64,000 nt of DNA from Bacteroidota bacterium (GTDB lineage: Bacteria > Bacteroidota > Bacteroidia > Bacteroidales > JAIOZK01). The notes below the pieces were generated by a model, which was not told the origin of the DNA, did not search any database, and saw nothing but the letters and a program-made list of their open reading frames with translations. Both the position numbers and the translations under genes were made by a program. The DNA lies in contig JAXHMP010000001.1 of the NCBI GenBank assembly GCA_034521425.1, positions 1,929,737 through 1,993,736 of the forward strand, written 5' to 3'. Of the stretch, positions 9,090 through 17,753 are shown in pieces (the first letter of the stretch is position 1; each line of letters starts with the position of its first letter).

Positions 9090-11402
9090 ATGAAACACAT
9101 ATTATTATATCTGACAGTTTTGATGCCCGTGTTGATCCATTCACAGGTCATTACCGTAAAACAAGACGGCAGCGGGGATTACAGCAGCATTCAACAGGCC
9201 ATCGATGCAGCAGCGGATGCAGATACGGTACTGGTTTGGCCCGGCACCTACCAGGAAAACATTGATTATGCCGGAAAAAATATAACAGTTGGAAGCCTGA
9301 ACCTTACAACGGGCGAGCAGCAATATATTTCCCAGACTATTATTGATGGAAATCAGAATGGAAGTTGTGTAAAAGTCCATAGTGGTGAAAACAATGCTAT
9401 CTTACATGGCTTTACTTTAATCAATGGAAGTGGAACCAATACTTCAAGTTCACATTTTGCCGGAGGCGGAGTTTATTTATTTGATTCATATTGCTCTGTT
9501 ATTAATTGCATTCTCAAAGACAATCGTGTGGCCACAGGGGGTGGAGGAATACTCTGCAATACAGCCACAGTGTTTATCTCCGGTAGCACAATAAAGAATA
9601 ATCATGCGATGGTAGTTGGTGGGGGAATATGTGTCATTTCGGGAGGAACCGTGCTTTTCGATACTGAATACTTAAGCAACTTATATTTAAACTATGCCGA
9701 GAGAGGTAATGATTTTCACAAAACCATTGAATGTCAAACCCAGCACATTTACGTAGATACCTTTACAGTATTAAACCCGGATGAACATTTTATTTCATCT
9801 ATTGATGAATTAGGATATCAAAATGGGGATGTAACTTTCACTGCCAATCACGGCAAAACTTCACCGGTAGATCAGGATGTTTATGTTAGCCCTCAGGGAA
9901 GTGATGAAAATGATGGTTTATCGCCCGGAGAACCTCTAAAAACAATTGCCTTCGCATTAAATAAGATATTGCCGGATAGTTCAGGACCATTGAATACAAT
10001 TCATGTTGGCAATGGCACATATTCACCTTCAATAACCGGGGAAAAGTATCCTTTGAATATGAGGGGTTACATTAGGATCGAAGGTGAAGAACAGGATTCA
10101 ACTATCCTGGACGCAGAAGATATTTCTTATATTTTCAGAGGAAACAATGTTACGAAGAATTACTCTATTAAAAATTTCACCTTTTCTAATGGAAATGGCA
10201 ATCTGAGTTTTAGTACAGGTTTTATGAGGATGTATAAAAATAATGATAACGTAACTTTGGATAATATAACATTTCTTAATGGAAAAGGAAATATTGCATC
10301 AGCATTAAATGTAAATAACTGCAACAATGCTTTGTTCCAAAATCTTGTTTTCAAAGAAAACAACGGAGGCAAAGCATTTCGGATGGGTAGCGGTATATTA
10401 GGAATAGAACCTTTTCCTTTTGAAAAAGATACAAATTACATTTATAATTGTTCCTTTTTATTAAACACCAATACAGATCCTGATCCTTATCAAGGAGTTG
10501 GAGGTGGATTGCATATTGATGGATTAATCTCAACACCAGATTCTCTTACCTGTTATATTATAAATTGTGAATTCTCTGAAAACAATAATATTTCTTATCC
10601 ACCGTATAAAACATCTGTAGCCTTGGGTGTTACTGATGGCTCGGAAGTATACCTGGTAAACAGCACCATTGGGAACAATTCAACCACAAATCCTTATGGA
10701 GCGGCAATTGGTTTAACCTATCATTCCAGCTTGGCAATTTACAATTCAATTCTTTATTCTGATGATCCCAGGGAAATATATATAGCATCAGATGAGCAGT
10801 GGGAGGACTGCAGCCTGGAGATTTACAATTCTCTTATTGAAGGAGGTGAGTCAGGGATCAAAGTTTACCACCCTGAATGGCACACGCTTTATTACGACTC
10901 TACCAACATCGACGCCGATCCTCTCTGGGCCAACACCGGCTATTATCCTTATATGCTGTCCTACGGCTCCCCTTGCATCAATACCGGCACCCTGGATCTG
11001 CCCGAACATATCGAACTCCCAGAAACCGACCTTGCGGGAAATCCCCGCGTTTACGATGGGCAAATAGACATGGGCGCCTATGAATACGGTCCCTGGGTGG
11101 GCGTGGATTACCGAAAGCCAAAAGCCAAAGGCCAACAGCTAAAAGCCAGTCCCAACCCCTTCCACCACGAAACCCGCATCCGCTACCAAAGCAAAGAAAA
11201 AGGCAAACAAAGCATTTTTGTATATGACATCAATGGAAATGACGTAGCCACTTTAATGGACATCACAGGCCAGCCCGGCCAGGGAGAGATCATCTGGGAC
11301 GGAAGAAACGACTACGGCCGCATGCTTCCCGCCGGGGTTTATGTGGTGGAGTTTGTGGTGAATGATGAAAGCAGGGGGAGTGTGAAGGTGGTGAAGAAGT
11401 GA
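9090..11402 (+). CDS. right-handed parallel beta-helix repeat protein 'B1' with type-A T9SS CTD (intact)
   Basis: Signal peptide MKHILLYLTVLMPVLIHSQ. N-terminus ITVKQDGSGDYSSIQQAIDAAADADTVLVWPGTYQENI, repeated GGG(I/V/L)-type coil turns, and DLAGNPRVYDGQIDMGAYEY. The CTD is ASPNPFHHETRIRYQ...GVYVVEFVV...VKVVKK. Confidence 0.75.
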   Translation: MKHILLYLTVLMPVLIHSQVITVKQDGSGDYSSIQQAIDAAADADTVLVWPGTYQENIDYAGKNITVGSLNLTTGEQQYISQTIIDGNQNGSCVKVHSGENNAILHGFTLINGSGTNTSSSHFAGGGVYLFDSYCSVINCILKDNRVATGGGGILCNTATVFISGSTIKNNHAMVVGGGICVISGGTVLFDTEYLSNLYLNYAERGNDFHKTIECQTQHIYVDTFTVLNPDEHFISSIDELGYQNGDVTFTANHGKTSPVDQDVYVSPQGSDENDGLSPGEPLKTIAFALNKILPDSSGPLNTIHVGNGTYSPSITGEKYPLNMRGYIRIEGEEQDSTILDAEDISYIFRGNNVTKNYSIKNFTFSNGNGNLSFSTGFMRMYKNNDNVTLDNITFLNGKGNIASALNVNNCNNALFQNLVFKENNGGKAFRMGSGILGIEPFPFEKDTNYIYNCSFLLNTNTDPDPYQGVGGGLHIDGLISTPDSLTCYIINCEFSENNNISYPPYKTSVALGVTDGSEVYLVNSTIGNNSTTNPYGAAIGLTYHSSLAIYNSILYSDDPREIYIASDEQWEDCSLEIYNSLIEGGESGIKVYHPEWHTLYYDSTNIDADPLWANTGYYPYMLSYGSPCINTGTLDLPEHIELPETDLAGNPRVYDGQIDMGAYEYGPWVGVDYRKPKAKGQQLKASPNPFHHETRIRYQSKEKGKQSIFVYDINGNDVATLMDITGQPGQGEIIWDGRNDYGRMLPAGVYVVEFVVNDESRGSVKVVKK
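10891..11402 (+). repeat. 512-bp direct repeat, copy 1 (3' end of B1), about 97% identical to 14878..15390
   Basis: Manual alignment gives about 15 substitutions plus one 1-nt indel. The first ~340 nt differ by one substitution plus the indel. Confidence 0.9.
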
Positions 11403-11502
11403 TACCGGTCATTGGTCAACTTGCCTGACGCCTGCCTGGCCGGTAGGCAGGGCAGTCAGGTTGTTGGGGCGACAAATGACAAATGACTGATGACCCACCA
11501 TT
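11403..11502. repeat. REP-like intergenic element, copy 2
   Basis: GGTCATTGGTCAA, then the GC hairpin CCTGACGCCTGCCT-ggccggt-AGGCAGGGCAGTCAGG, then GACAAATGACAAATGACTGATGACCC. Positions 11478-11496 match 15479-15496 at 17 of 18 positions. Confidence 0.5.
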
Positions 11503-11550
11503 AAAAACTCAAAACCAAAAACTTGTTCCTGCCAATATTTTTTACGAATT

Positions 11551-12285
11551 TTGACTATGCCTCCGATGACAGTAAAATATATCATATCACTTTTGTTGCT
11601 TGCCGCGATGGGCTTCTCATCGGCAATGGCCCAAAACCCCCGTGTCTTTCAAAAGCTGGATTCGATTTTTGAGGAGAATGAGAGAGGGTACAGAACTACG
11701 GTATTGAAACTTAAACCAGGTATTAACTGGGTTTCTTTCCCAAGGCTTCCTGAACCTGTTTGGCCTGCACATGAAATTCTTGAACAACTAACTGATTACC
11801 CAAACGAAATAAAATTAAAGCATTTTAAAATATCAAATGATGGCTTACATGCAAGACCTGTAGAGTTTAGATGGGAGTTTGGAACCTGGACATACTATTT
11901 CATGACTCATGTTACGGCCACACAGGGGTACAAGCTCACTATTTTTCCCGAAGAAGAACGCTACATGATCCTCACAGGTAATGTTGCCGATCCCACCACC
12001 AGCATCAAGCTCTGGGCCAATTACGACAACTGGATCGGCTATTTCCTGGAAGAGCCCATGCGCGTGGAAGATGCCTTCGAGGGTTACTGGGACCAAATCT
12101 ATAGCGTCAAACACCAGGACTGGGTAATATACGGCCTGCAGGCACCCCCGCCCAATCCCGATGGTTCCATGGATTTTACACTTCGTTATGGCGATATGGT
12201 GATCGTGGATGTGGTCAGTGACATCAGTGATTTTCAATGGCCATCAGGCGACGGGGCTGCTATTAAAACTGCTATCAGAACCTGA
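11551..12285 (+). CDS. A-module protein 'A2', fragment 1 of 3 (short paralogue of the A1 C-terminal region)
   Basis: Signal peptide ...IISLLLLAAMGFSSAMAQ, followed by homology to the last ~190 aa of ORF 5059..8328. The start may instead be ATG 11557 or 11566. Confidence 0.6.
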   Translation: MTMPPMTVKYIISLLLLAAMGFSSAMAQNPRVFQKLDSIFEENERGYRTTVLKLKPGINWVSFPRLPEPVWPAHEILEQLTDYPNEIKLKHFKISNDGLHARPVEFRWEFGTWTYYFMTHVTATQGYKLTIFPEEERYMILTGNVADPTTSIKLWANYDNWIGYFLEEPMRVEDAFEGYWDQIYSVKHQDWVIYGLQAPPPNPDGSMDFTLRYGDMVIVDVVSDISDFQWPSGDGAAIKTAIRT

Positions 12286-12520
12286 GTACTTCACCTATGA
12301 GGAAAAACTGGACTATACTTCTTTTACCGTGGAACTCGATCCCGACAGCCTGCCCCTGGAAGTGGGTGTTTACGAAGACTCTACCTGTATAGGGGCTTCT
12401 GTTGTGGAAGACAGCATTGCACAGATCAATGGTTATACAAGCGACTCCACGGGTTATAATCCTGAAATTAGTTTTGTCCTGGAATACGGCCTGAAATCCG
12501 GTCAAAAAGGACAGGGTTGA
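12209..12520 (+). CDS. A2 fragment 2 of 3
   Basis: SEPEYFTYEEKLDYTSFTVELDPD...CIGASVVEDSIAQINGYTSDSTGYNPEISFVLEYGLKS is homologous to A1 fragments 2 and 3. Confidence 0.55.
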   Translation: MWSVTSVIFNGHQATGLLLKLLSEPEYFTYEEKLDYTSFTVELDPDSLPLEVGVYEDSTCIGASVVEDSIAQINGYTSDSTGYNPEISFVLEYGLKSGQKGQG

Positions 12521-12912
12521 TACAATACAGAGTATTCAACAAACGAACGGGCCGTATGGAACAAAGACAGATCCGCGGCGGGGAACATGATAATTTCTAT
12601 TGGGTATCTCTGAAAGGAGACCGGCAAGAAAACACCGAATCTGGTAATTTTGCCAAAGCCGAACTGTCGGTATACCCCAATCCTTCATCAGGCATATTCA
12701 ATTTCAACATTGAACTCAAGGAAGATGCACCAATGGTGCTTGAGATATTCAATTGCTCAGGTAAAAAAGTTGCCAGTCTTGCAGATGGTATGCAAAATGC
12801 AGGTTTTCACAAGCTATATTGGGAATACAATAGGAATACCGGGGGCATTTACTATTACCGTTTTTCCAGCGGAGAATATGTCAAAAACGGGAAACTTGTT
12901 ATCATCAAATAA
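12517..12912 (+). CDS. A2 fragment 3 of 3 with type-A T9SS CTD
   Basis: The CTD reads LSVYPNPSSGIFNFNIEL...LEIFNCSGKKV...GIYYYRFSSGEYVKNGKLVIIK. The junction lies at the A5 run 12504-12508. Confidence 0.6.
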   Translation: MIQYRVFNKRTGRMEQRQIRGGEHDNFYWVSLKGDRQENTESGNFAKAELSVYPNPSSGIFNFNIELKEDAPMVLEIFNCSGKKVASLADGMQNAGFHKLYWEYNRNTGGIYYYRFSSGEYVKNGKLVIIK

Positions 12913-12921
12913 ACATTAAGA

Positions 12922-12950
12922 AGCGGAGGGCCTCTAAGCGGCCTTCCGCT
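12922..12950 (+). terminator. stem-loop between A2 and B2
   Basis: AGCGGAGGGCC-tctaagc-GGCCTTCCGCT forms an 11-bp stem with one mismatch and has a poor T tract. Its position is analogous to the hairpin at 9054. Confidence 0.35.
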
Positions 12951-12966
12951 TTATTACTGAAAATTT

Positions 12967-14550
12967 ATGAAATTGAAAAAAACAATATTGCTCATCTTTT
13001 TTAGCCTATATAGCCTGAGCGGCCTTTTTGCAACAATACTGAGGGTTGATATCAATGGCGGACAACAATATACCTTCATACAAAACGCTGTCAATGCTGC
13101 TTCTAATGGTGATACAGTTCTTATATATCCTGGCACCTATTCTGAAAATATTGATTTCGCTAACAAAGGACTGACACTGGCTAGTCAATATTTGACAACA
13201 GGTGATAGTTCATATATTGACCAAACCATTATTGACGGGAACGGTATTGGGTGGTGCATTAAAGCTGAACAATCAAATTCATTAATTAATATTGATGGTC
13301 TTACAATTGAAAATGGAACTGGTGGCATTTTCTTCAAAGAGTTGAATGAAGAAGCTTTAATTTCGAATTGCATTATAAAGGAACATGTTGGAGAGTTTTG
13401 GGGTGGTGGTATTAATATTTGGAGAGTAAATGCCAATGTTTCCATTATAGATTGTATTATTAAAAATAATTTCGCAAGATTAGGTGCAGGAGTATATACC
13501 TTATATTCTGAAAATATTGATATGAGAGGTTGTTCATTATTTGATAATATTGCAAATGAGGTTGGTGGAGGTCTATATTTAGCTTATACGCCTATTCAAA
13601 TTGAAAATACTACAATTTTTAGTAATTCAGCATTTAACAGTGGAGGTGGAATAGCACTAATAGGATATTCGCCCATTGAATTCAGCTCAACCAGTCGATG
13701 CAATATATATATGAACCTGGCTTGCATGGGAACTGATTTTCATAAAAGCGATGAAAGCCCGCCAGTTCAAATCATTGTTGACACCTTCACTGTAATGAAT
13801 CCTCAACGCTACCATACCAGTTCAATCAATGATTGGGGCTACCCAATAGACGACATCACCTATAATATCCAACATGCAAAGTTAGAACAGTACAATACCG
13901 ATTTATATGTTTCACCTCAAGGGAACGATGATAATTCAGGTCTTTCTCCCGATGAAGCCCTAAAAACACTTACCCGGGCCCAGTTAAAGATCATCTCGGA
14001 CAGCCTGCATCCCAATACCATTCATCTTGATAGCGGTTTGTATTCACCTTCTTCAAATGGGGAATTTTTTCCCATGGCATTAAAAAGCTATATAACTATT
14101 AAGGGATCAGGTAAGGATACAACTATCTTAAGTGCAGATTCTCTCAGCCATATTTTTAATGCGTGGGCAATGACAAAGGACTTTACATTGAAAGATATTA
14201 CTTTATGCTATGGATTCGATCCGGATGGTATTGGCTTGATCAATGTTTATGAAAGCATGAATTCTAATATTGATAATATTAAAATGAATAATGGCGGCGG
14301 CAGCTTCGGATCTGCTATTTTTCAAACAAGAAGCATCACGCTTAATAATGTTGAAGTATCCGATAATTTTGGCGGGTTCCAGGCCCTAGGATTTGGGATT
14401 TCTTACTCATTCTACCATCAACAAACTACCGATACAATAAAATTAATCAACTCCCATATACATCACTCCAAACCGGCCGTTATTGACGGAATGTATTTCC
14501 CCGGTGGAGGCGTTGATGTTTATGGGAATTTTATCATGATCACAACATGA
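12967..14550 (+). CDS. beta-helix protein 'B2', fragment 1 of 3 (paralogue of B1)
   Basis: MKLKKTILLIFFSLYSLSGLFA signal peptide. ILRVDINGGQQYTFIQNAVNAASNGDTVLIYPGTYSENI parallels the B1 N-terminus, and DLYVSPQGNDDNSGLSPDEALKTL parallels DVYVSPQGSDENDGLSPGEPLKTI. Confidence 0.7.
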   Translation: MKLKKTILLIFFSLYSLSGLFATILRVDINGGQQYTFIQNAVNAASNGDTVLIYPGTYSENIDFANKGLTLASQYLTTGDSSYIDQTIIDGNGIGWCIKAEQSNSLINIDGLTIENGTGGIFFKELNEEALISNCIIKEHVGEFWGGGINIWRVNANVSIIDCIIKNNFARLGAGVYTLYSENIDMRGCSLFDNIANEVGGGLYLAYTPIQIENTTIFSNSAFNSGGGIALIGYSPIEFSSTSRCNIYMNLACMGTDFHKSDESPPVQIIVDTFTVMNPQRYHTSSINDWGYPIDDITYNIQHAKLEQYNTDLYVSPQGNDDNSGLSPDEALKTLTRAQLKIISDSLHPNTIHLDSGLYSPSSNGEFFPMALKSYITIKGSGKDTTILSADSLSHIFNAWAMTKDFTLKDITLCYGFDPDGIGLINVYESMNSNIDNIKMNNGGGSFGSAIFQTRSITLNNVEVSDNFGGFQALGFGISYSFYHQQTTDTIKLINSHIHHSKPAVIDGMYFPGGGVDVYGNFIMITT

Positions 14551-15071
14551 CAGCCTATATAATGAATTGCCTTTTTGACAGCATTCAGATACCGGCAACT
14601 TTGGATTGTGGCCTGGGTGCAATAGATAACTCGGATGTTTATATCGTTAATTCTACTTTTGGCAACAATATACAGCAAAACACCGATATCGGGGGGACAG
14701 TTTCACTTATGGGCAAGGCCAATGTTTTCGCGTATAACTCCATTTTTTACAACAATTCACCCAGGCAGTTTGCTCAAAAAGATTATGAAAATACACCCAC
14801 CCATTTGGAAATTTACAACTCCCTGGTGGAAGGAGGAGAAGATGGTATCTACGTTGCCACTCCCGAACATATACTTCATTACGACTCTACCAACATCGAC
14901 GCCGATCCTCTCTGGGCCAACACCGGCTATTATCCTTATATGCTGTCCTACGGCTCCCCTTGCATCAATACCGGCACCCTGGATCTGCCCGAACATATCG
15001 AACTGCCCAGAAACCGACCTTGCGGGCAATCCCCGCGTTTACGATGGGCAAATAGACATGGGCGCCTATGA
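14547..15071 (+). CDS. B2 fragment 2 of 3
   Basis: MTAYIMNCLF aligns with LTCYIINCEF of B1, and ...YDSTNIDADPLWANTGYYPYMLSYGSPCINTGTLDLPEHIEL is identical to B1. The homologous frame ends at the extra G at 15005. Confidence 0.65.
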   Translation: MTAYIMNCLFDSIQIPATLDCGLGAIDNSDVYIVNSTFGNNIQQNTDIGGTVSLMGKANVFAYNSIFYNNSPRQFAQKDYENTPTHLEIYNSLVEGGEDGIYVATPEHILHYDSTNIDADPLWANTGYYPYMLSYGSPCINTGTLDLPEHIELPRNRPCGQSPRLRWANRHGRL

Positions 15072-15390
15072 ATACGGTCCCTGGGTGGGCGTGGATTACC
15101 GAAAGCCAAAAGCCAAAGGCCAACAGCTAAAAGCCAGTCCCAACCCCTTCCACCACGAAACCCGCATCCGCTACCAAAGCAAAGAAAAAGGCAAACAAAG
15201 CATTTTTGTATATGACATCAATGGGAATGTCGTAGCCACTTTAATGGACATCACAGGCCAGCCCAGCCGGGGTGAGATCATCTGGGACGGAAGAAACGAC
15301 TACGGCCGCATGCTTCCCGCCGGCGTATATGTGGTAGAGTTTCTGGTGAATGATGCTAGCAAAGGAAGTGTGAAGGTGGTGAAGAAGTGA
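14635..15390 (+). CDS. B2 fragment 3 of 3 with type-A T9SS CTD (only ~15006..15390 is homologous to B1)
   Basis: ETDLAGNPRVYDGQIDMGAYEYGPWVGVDYRKPKAKGQQLKASPNPFHHETRIRYQ... is nearly identical to the B1 C-terminus. Confidence 0.65.
   Translation: MFISLILLLATIYSKTPISGGQFHLWARPMFSRITPFFTTIHPGSLLKKIMKIHPPIWKFTTPWWKEEKMVSTLPLPNIYFITTLPTSTPILSGPTPAIILICCPTAPLASIPAPWICPNISNCPETDLAGNPRVYDGQIDMGAYEYGPWVGVDYRKPKAKGQQLKASPNPFHHETRIRYQSKEKGKQSIFVYDINGNVVATLMDITGQPSRGEIIWDGRNDYGRMLPAGVYVVEFLVNDASKGSVKVVKK
14878..15390 (+). repeat. 512/513-bp direct repeat, copy 2 (3' end of B2)
   Basis: See 10891..11402. This copy carries one extra G at 15005 (GAACTGCCCAG versus GAACTCCCAG). Confidence 0.9.
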
Positions 15391-15510
15391 GATCTGTCAT
15401 TTGTCAATGGTCCCGACTTCAGTCGAGGATCCTCGTCCGCCGGACGGGATCAATTGTCATTGGTCATTGGTGGGGGCTGACTAATGACTGATGACCAATC
15501 ATTCAATTCT
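15391..15510. repeat. REP-like intergenic element, copy 3
   Basis: TGTCATTTGTCAATGGT, then a hairpin around CGAGGATCCTCG (15424-15435), then GGACGGGATCAATTGTCATTGGTCATTGGTG, then GACTAATGACTGATGACC (15479-15496). Confidence 0.5.
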
Positions 15511-16608
15511 CTAATTTCCTGCTCCTGCCCCATCCTTAAACAAAGACTCAATCAATTCCTGATAAGCCGAAGTTTCATTCATCAAATCAAAACCCTGAAC
15601 GGATTTACAGGCATTGATCAATTCTGCCAGTTGAAAATCCTTTTGTTCCGCACATACGCAATGCCCCTGCCCAGCGTGATACCGGGCCAGATATTCCTGC
15701 TCTGTTTGTCCGGGGGTTGGTATAAAGATGGCTTTCTTCCCCAGGCTTGCCAGGTCCATGATGGTTGAATAACCGGGTCGTGAAAGGATCATCTCAGCAT
15801 TCAGTAGAATCTGCTTCAGTTCACGACTGTCCATATGGGACCGGTATTCAATCCACTTGTTGATATTTTGATTTTGATCTTCCCCCGGCTTACCGGCAAG
15901 GATGAGTGTTTTTATTTTCAAGCTTTGTATTTGCTCAAGCACCTTCTTTTCAAACAGGCTTCTCTGGGGTTCGGGGCCTGAGATCGAAACCAGCAATTCA
16001 TATTTTCCTGCAATCTCTTCTTGCTGCTGATATACCGAAAACCTGCTTTGCGGCCCGATATAAATGGGAGCAAGATCCTTCATTTCAAAATGCGACAAAG
16101 CACCTGATAAATTTCTTTCGCCTGCAACATCCGGCACCCAGCAGGCAGTGAATTTCCGAAGGTAACGGAAATTGATCCTCCTCAACATAGCTTCCTCCAT
16201 CCTGGATCCGGCCATGATCCTCAACTGATGGCTCATGATCACAGAAGGAATATCAGGATGCCAGAGACCATAACGGTTGTCGCTGATCACCAGATCGATC
16301 TGATGCTCCCCGACAATGCTTTTGAGGCGCTTATGTTCCTGTTTGATCCTTTTCAAGATCTTTGGTGCCTGCAGCAACATGCTCCGGTACATGGAAGAAT
16401 TTTGAGGATAGCGGATGTTATATCCCGGAAAATCGATATATTTGAGATCTGGAAATTCCTGCTGCAAAAAAGCAAGCGGCCGCCCCGATGCCCCGATGAT
16501 CACATGATGACCCATGTTCCTCAAAGCATCAATGATGGGAACGCAGCGGCTTGCGTGGCCCAGTCCCCAGTCGAGGGGGCAGAGCAATATGTTTTTTGCT
16601 TTTTGCAT
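15511..16608 (-). CDS. glycosyltransferase, MurG-like/GT28 C-terminal-domain family (uncharacterised subfamily)
   Basis: N-terminus ILLCPLDWGLGHASRCVPIIDAL, and C-terminus SRPGYSTIMDLASLGKKAIFIPTPGQTEQEYLA, the typical GT-B nucleotide-sugar binding half. Confidence 0.6.
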   Translation of the reverse strand: MQKAKNILLCPLDWGLGHASRCVPIIDALRNMGHHVIIGASGRPLAFLQQEFPDLKYIDFPGYNIRYPQNSSMYRSMLLQAPKILKRIKQEHKRLKSIVGEHQIDLVISDNRYGLWHPDIPSVIMSHQLRIMAGSRMEEAMLRRINFRYLRKFTACWVPDVAGERNLSGALSHFEMKDLAPIYIGPQSRFSVYQQQEEIAGKYELLVSISGPEPQRSLFEKKVLEQIQSLKIKTLILAGKPGEDQNQNINKWIEYRSHMDSRELKQILLNAEMILSRPGYSTIMDLASLGKKAIFIPTPGQTEQEYLARYHAGQGHCVCAEQKDFQLAELINACKSVQGFDLMNETSAYQELIESLFKDGAGAGN

Positions 16609-16646
16609 GGCAATTTCCTTTCAGCTGTTAAAAATACCAAATCCAC

Positions 16647-17753
16647 ATGAAAACACAGCAACAAGAACTGATTTATCAAATTGCCTCCACCCGCATCCCG
16701 GGTGTGGGAGATATCGTTGGCAAGAAGCTGATCGCATATTGCGGTGGGCCCGAAGCCGTTTTCAAAGAAAAGAAGTCCAACCTGGCGAGGATTCAGGGAA
16801 TTTCTCCAAAGACACTCGCGGGGATCTTTGATCCGGCCTTGCTGAAAAGGGCTGAACAAGAAATCCGCTTTATGGAAAAACACAGGATCCAAAGCCTTTA
16901 CTTTACCAACGATGACTATCCAGCCCGCCTGAAGCAATGCATCGACAGCCCCCTGATGCTTTATTATAAGGGAAAGGCTGTTTTGAACCGGCAAAAAATC
17001 ATTAGCATCGTGGGCACCAGGAAGGCCACCAATTACGGGCAGTCTGTGATCGCGGAACTGGCCGGGGGCCTCCGCCAATACAATGTGCTCATCGTAAGCG
17101 GCCTGGCATACGGCATCGATACACTGGCCCACAAATCCGCCCTGCAAAATCAAATGGATACCGTTGCCGTGCTGGCCCACGGACTGGACCGCATCTATCC
17201 CTTCCTGAACAGAGGGCTTGCAGAAAAGATCATGCACCAGGGCGGTCTGCTGACAGATTTTATGAGCGGGACCAATCCCGACCGGGAGAATTTTCCCAAG
17301 AGAAACCGCATCGTGGCCGGTATGTCGGATGCGGTGGTGGTGGTGGAATCGGCAAAGAAGGGTGGCGCCCTGATCACAGCAGACATAGCCAATTCTTACA
17401 ACCGGGATGTATTCGCTGTGCCCGGAAAAATTAAAGAAACCTATTCCGAAGGCTGTAACTTCCTGATCAAAACCAACCGGGCGGCCCTGATCCAATCGCC
17501 CGATGATCTCATTTATTTAATGGGATGGAAAGAGCAGAAAAAAAAGCCGGTGATCCAACGCAAGATCTTTGTGGAATTGGCGGAAAATGAAAGAAAACTT
17601 GTCGAACTTCTGAAAGCGCAGGATGAAATGGGCATCGACCAGCTCTGTATTAAAAGCAAAATGAGTGCAACAAAAGTAGCTTCGGCCCTGCTGAATCTTG
17701 AATTTGAAGGCCTGGTAAAATGCCTTCCGGGAAAAGTTTACAAACTGATCTGA
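16647..17753 (+). CDS. dprA: DNA-processing protein DprA (Smf)
   Basis: SIVGTRKATNYG, SGLAYGIDTLAHKSAL, TVAVLAHGLDRIYP, FPKRNRIVAGMSDAVVVVESAKKGGALITA, and a C-terminal winged-helix region. Confidence 0.85.
   Translation: MKTQQQELIYQIASTRIPGVGDIVGKKLIAYCGGPEAVFKEKKSNLARIQGISPKTLAGIFDPALLKRAEQEIRFMEKHRIQSLYFTNDDYPARLKQCIDSPLMLYYKGKAVLNRQKIISIVGTRKATNYGQSVIAELAGGLRQYNVLIVSGLAYGIDTLAHKSALQNQMDTVAVLAHGLDRIYPFLNRGLAEKIMHQGGLLTDFMSGTNPDRENFPKRNRIVAGMSDAVVVVESAKKGGALITADIANSYNRDVFAVPGKIKETYSEGCNFLIKTNRAALIQSPDDLIYLMGWKEQKKKPVIQRKIFVELAENERKLVELLKAQDEMGIDQLCIKSKMSATKVASALLNLEFEGLVKCLPGKVYKLI

Noticed and set aside
8229-12520. Programmed ribosomal frameshifting as an explanation for the three-ORF structure of both A1 and A2.
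   Set aside because: The four junctions sit at non-homologous positions in the two paralogues and share no slippery heptamer or downstream structure. Essential genes (bamA) show the same kind of lesion, so indel errors or decay are more parsimonious.
16521-17495. Long antisense ORFs opposite strong genes: 16521..17495 (dprA), 20625..21437 (Omp85-like), 31212..32003 (relA), 43828..44859 (ackA), 48443..49423 (MFS), 24649..25209 (bamA).
   Set aside because: Each is fully embedded opposite a gene with clear family motifs and has biased H/G/Q/D/F composition with no motif of its own. This is typical of stop-poor antisense frames in coding DNA.
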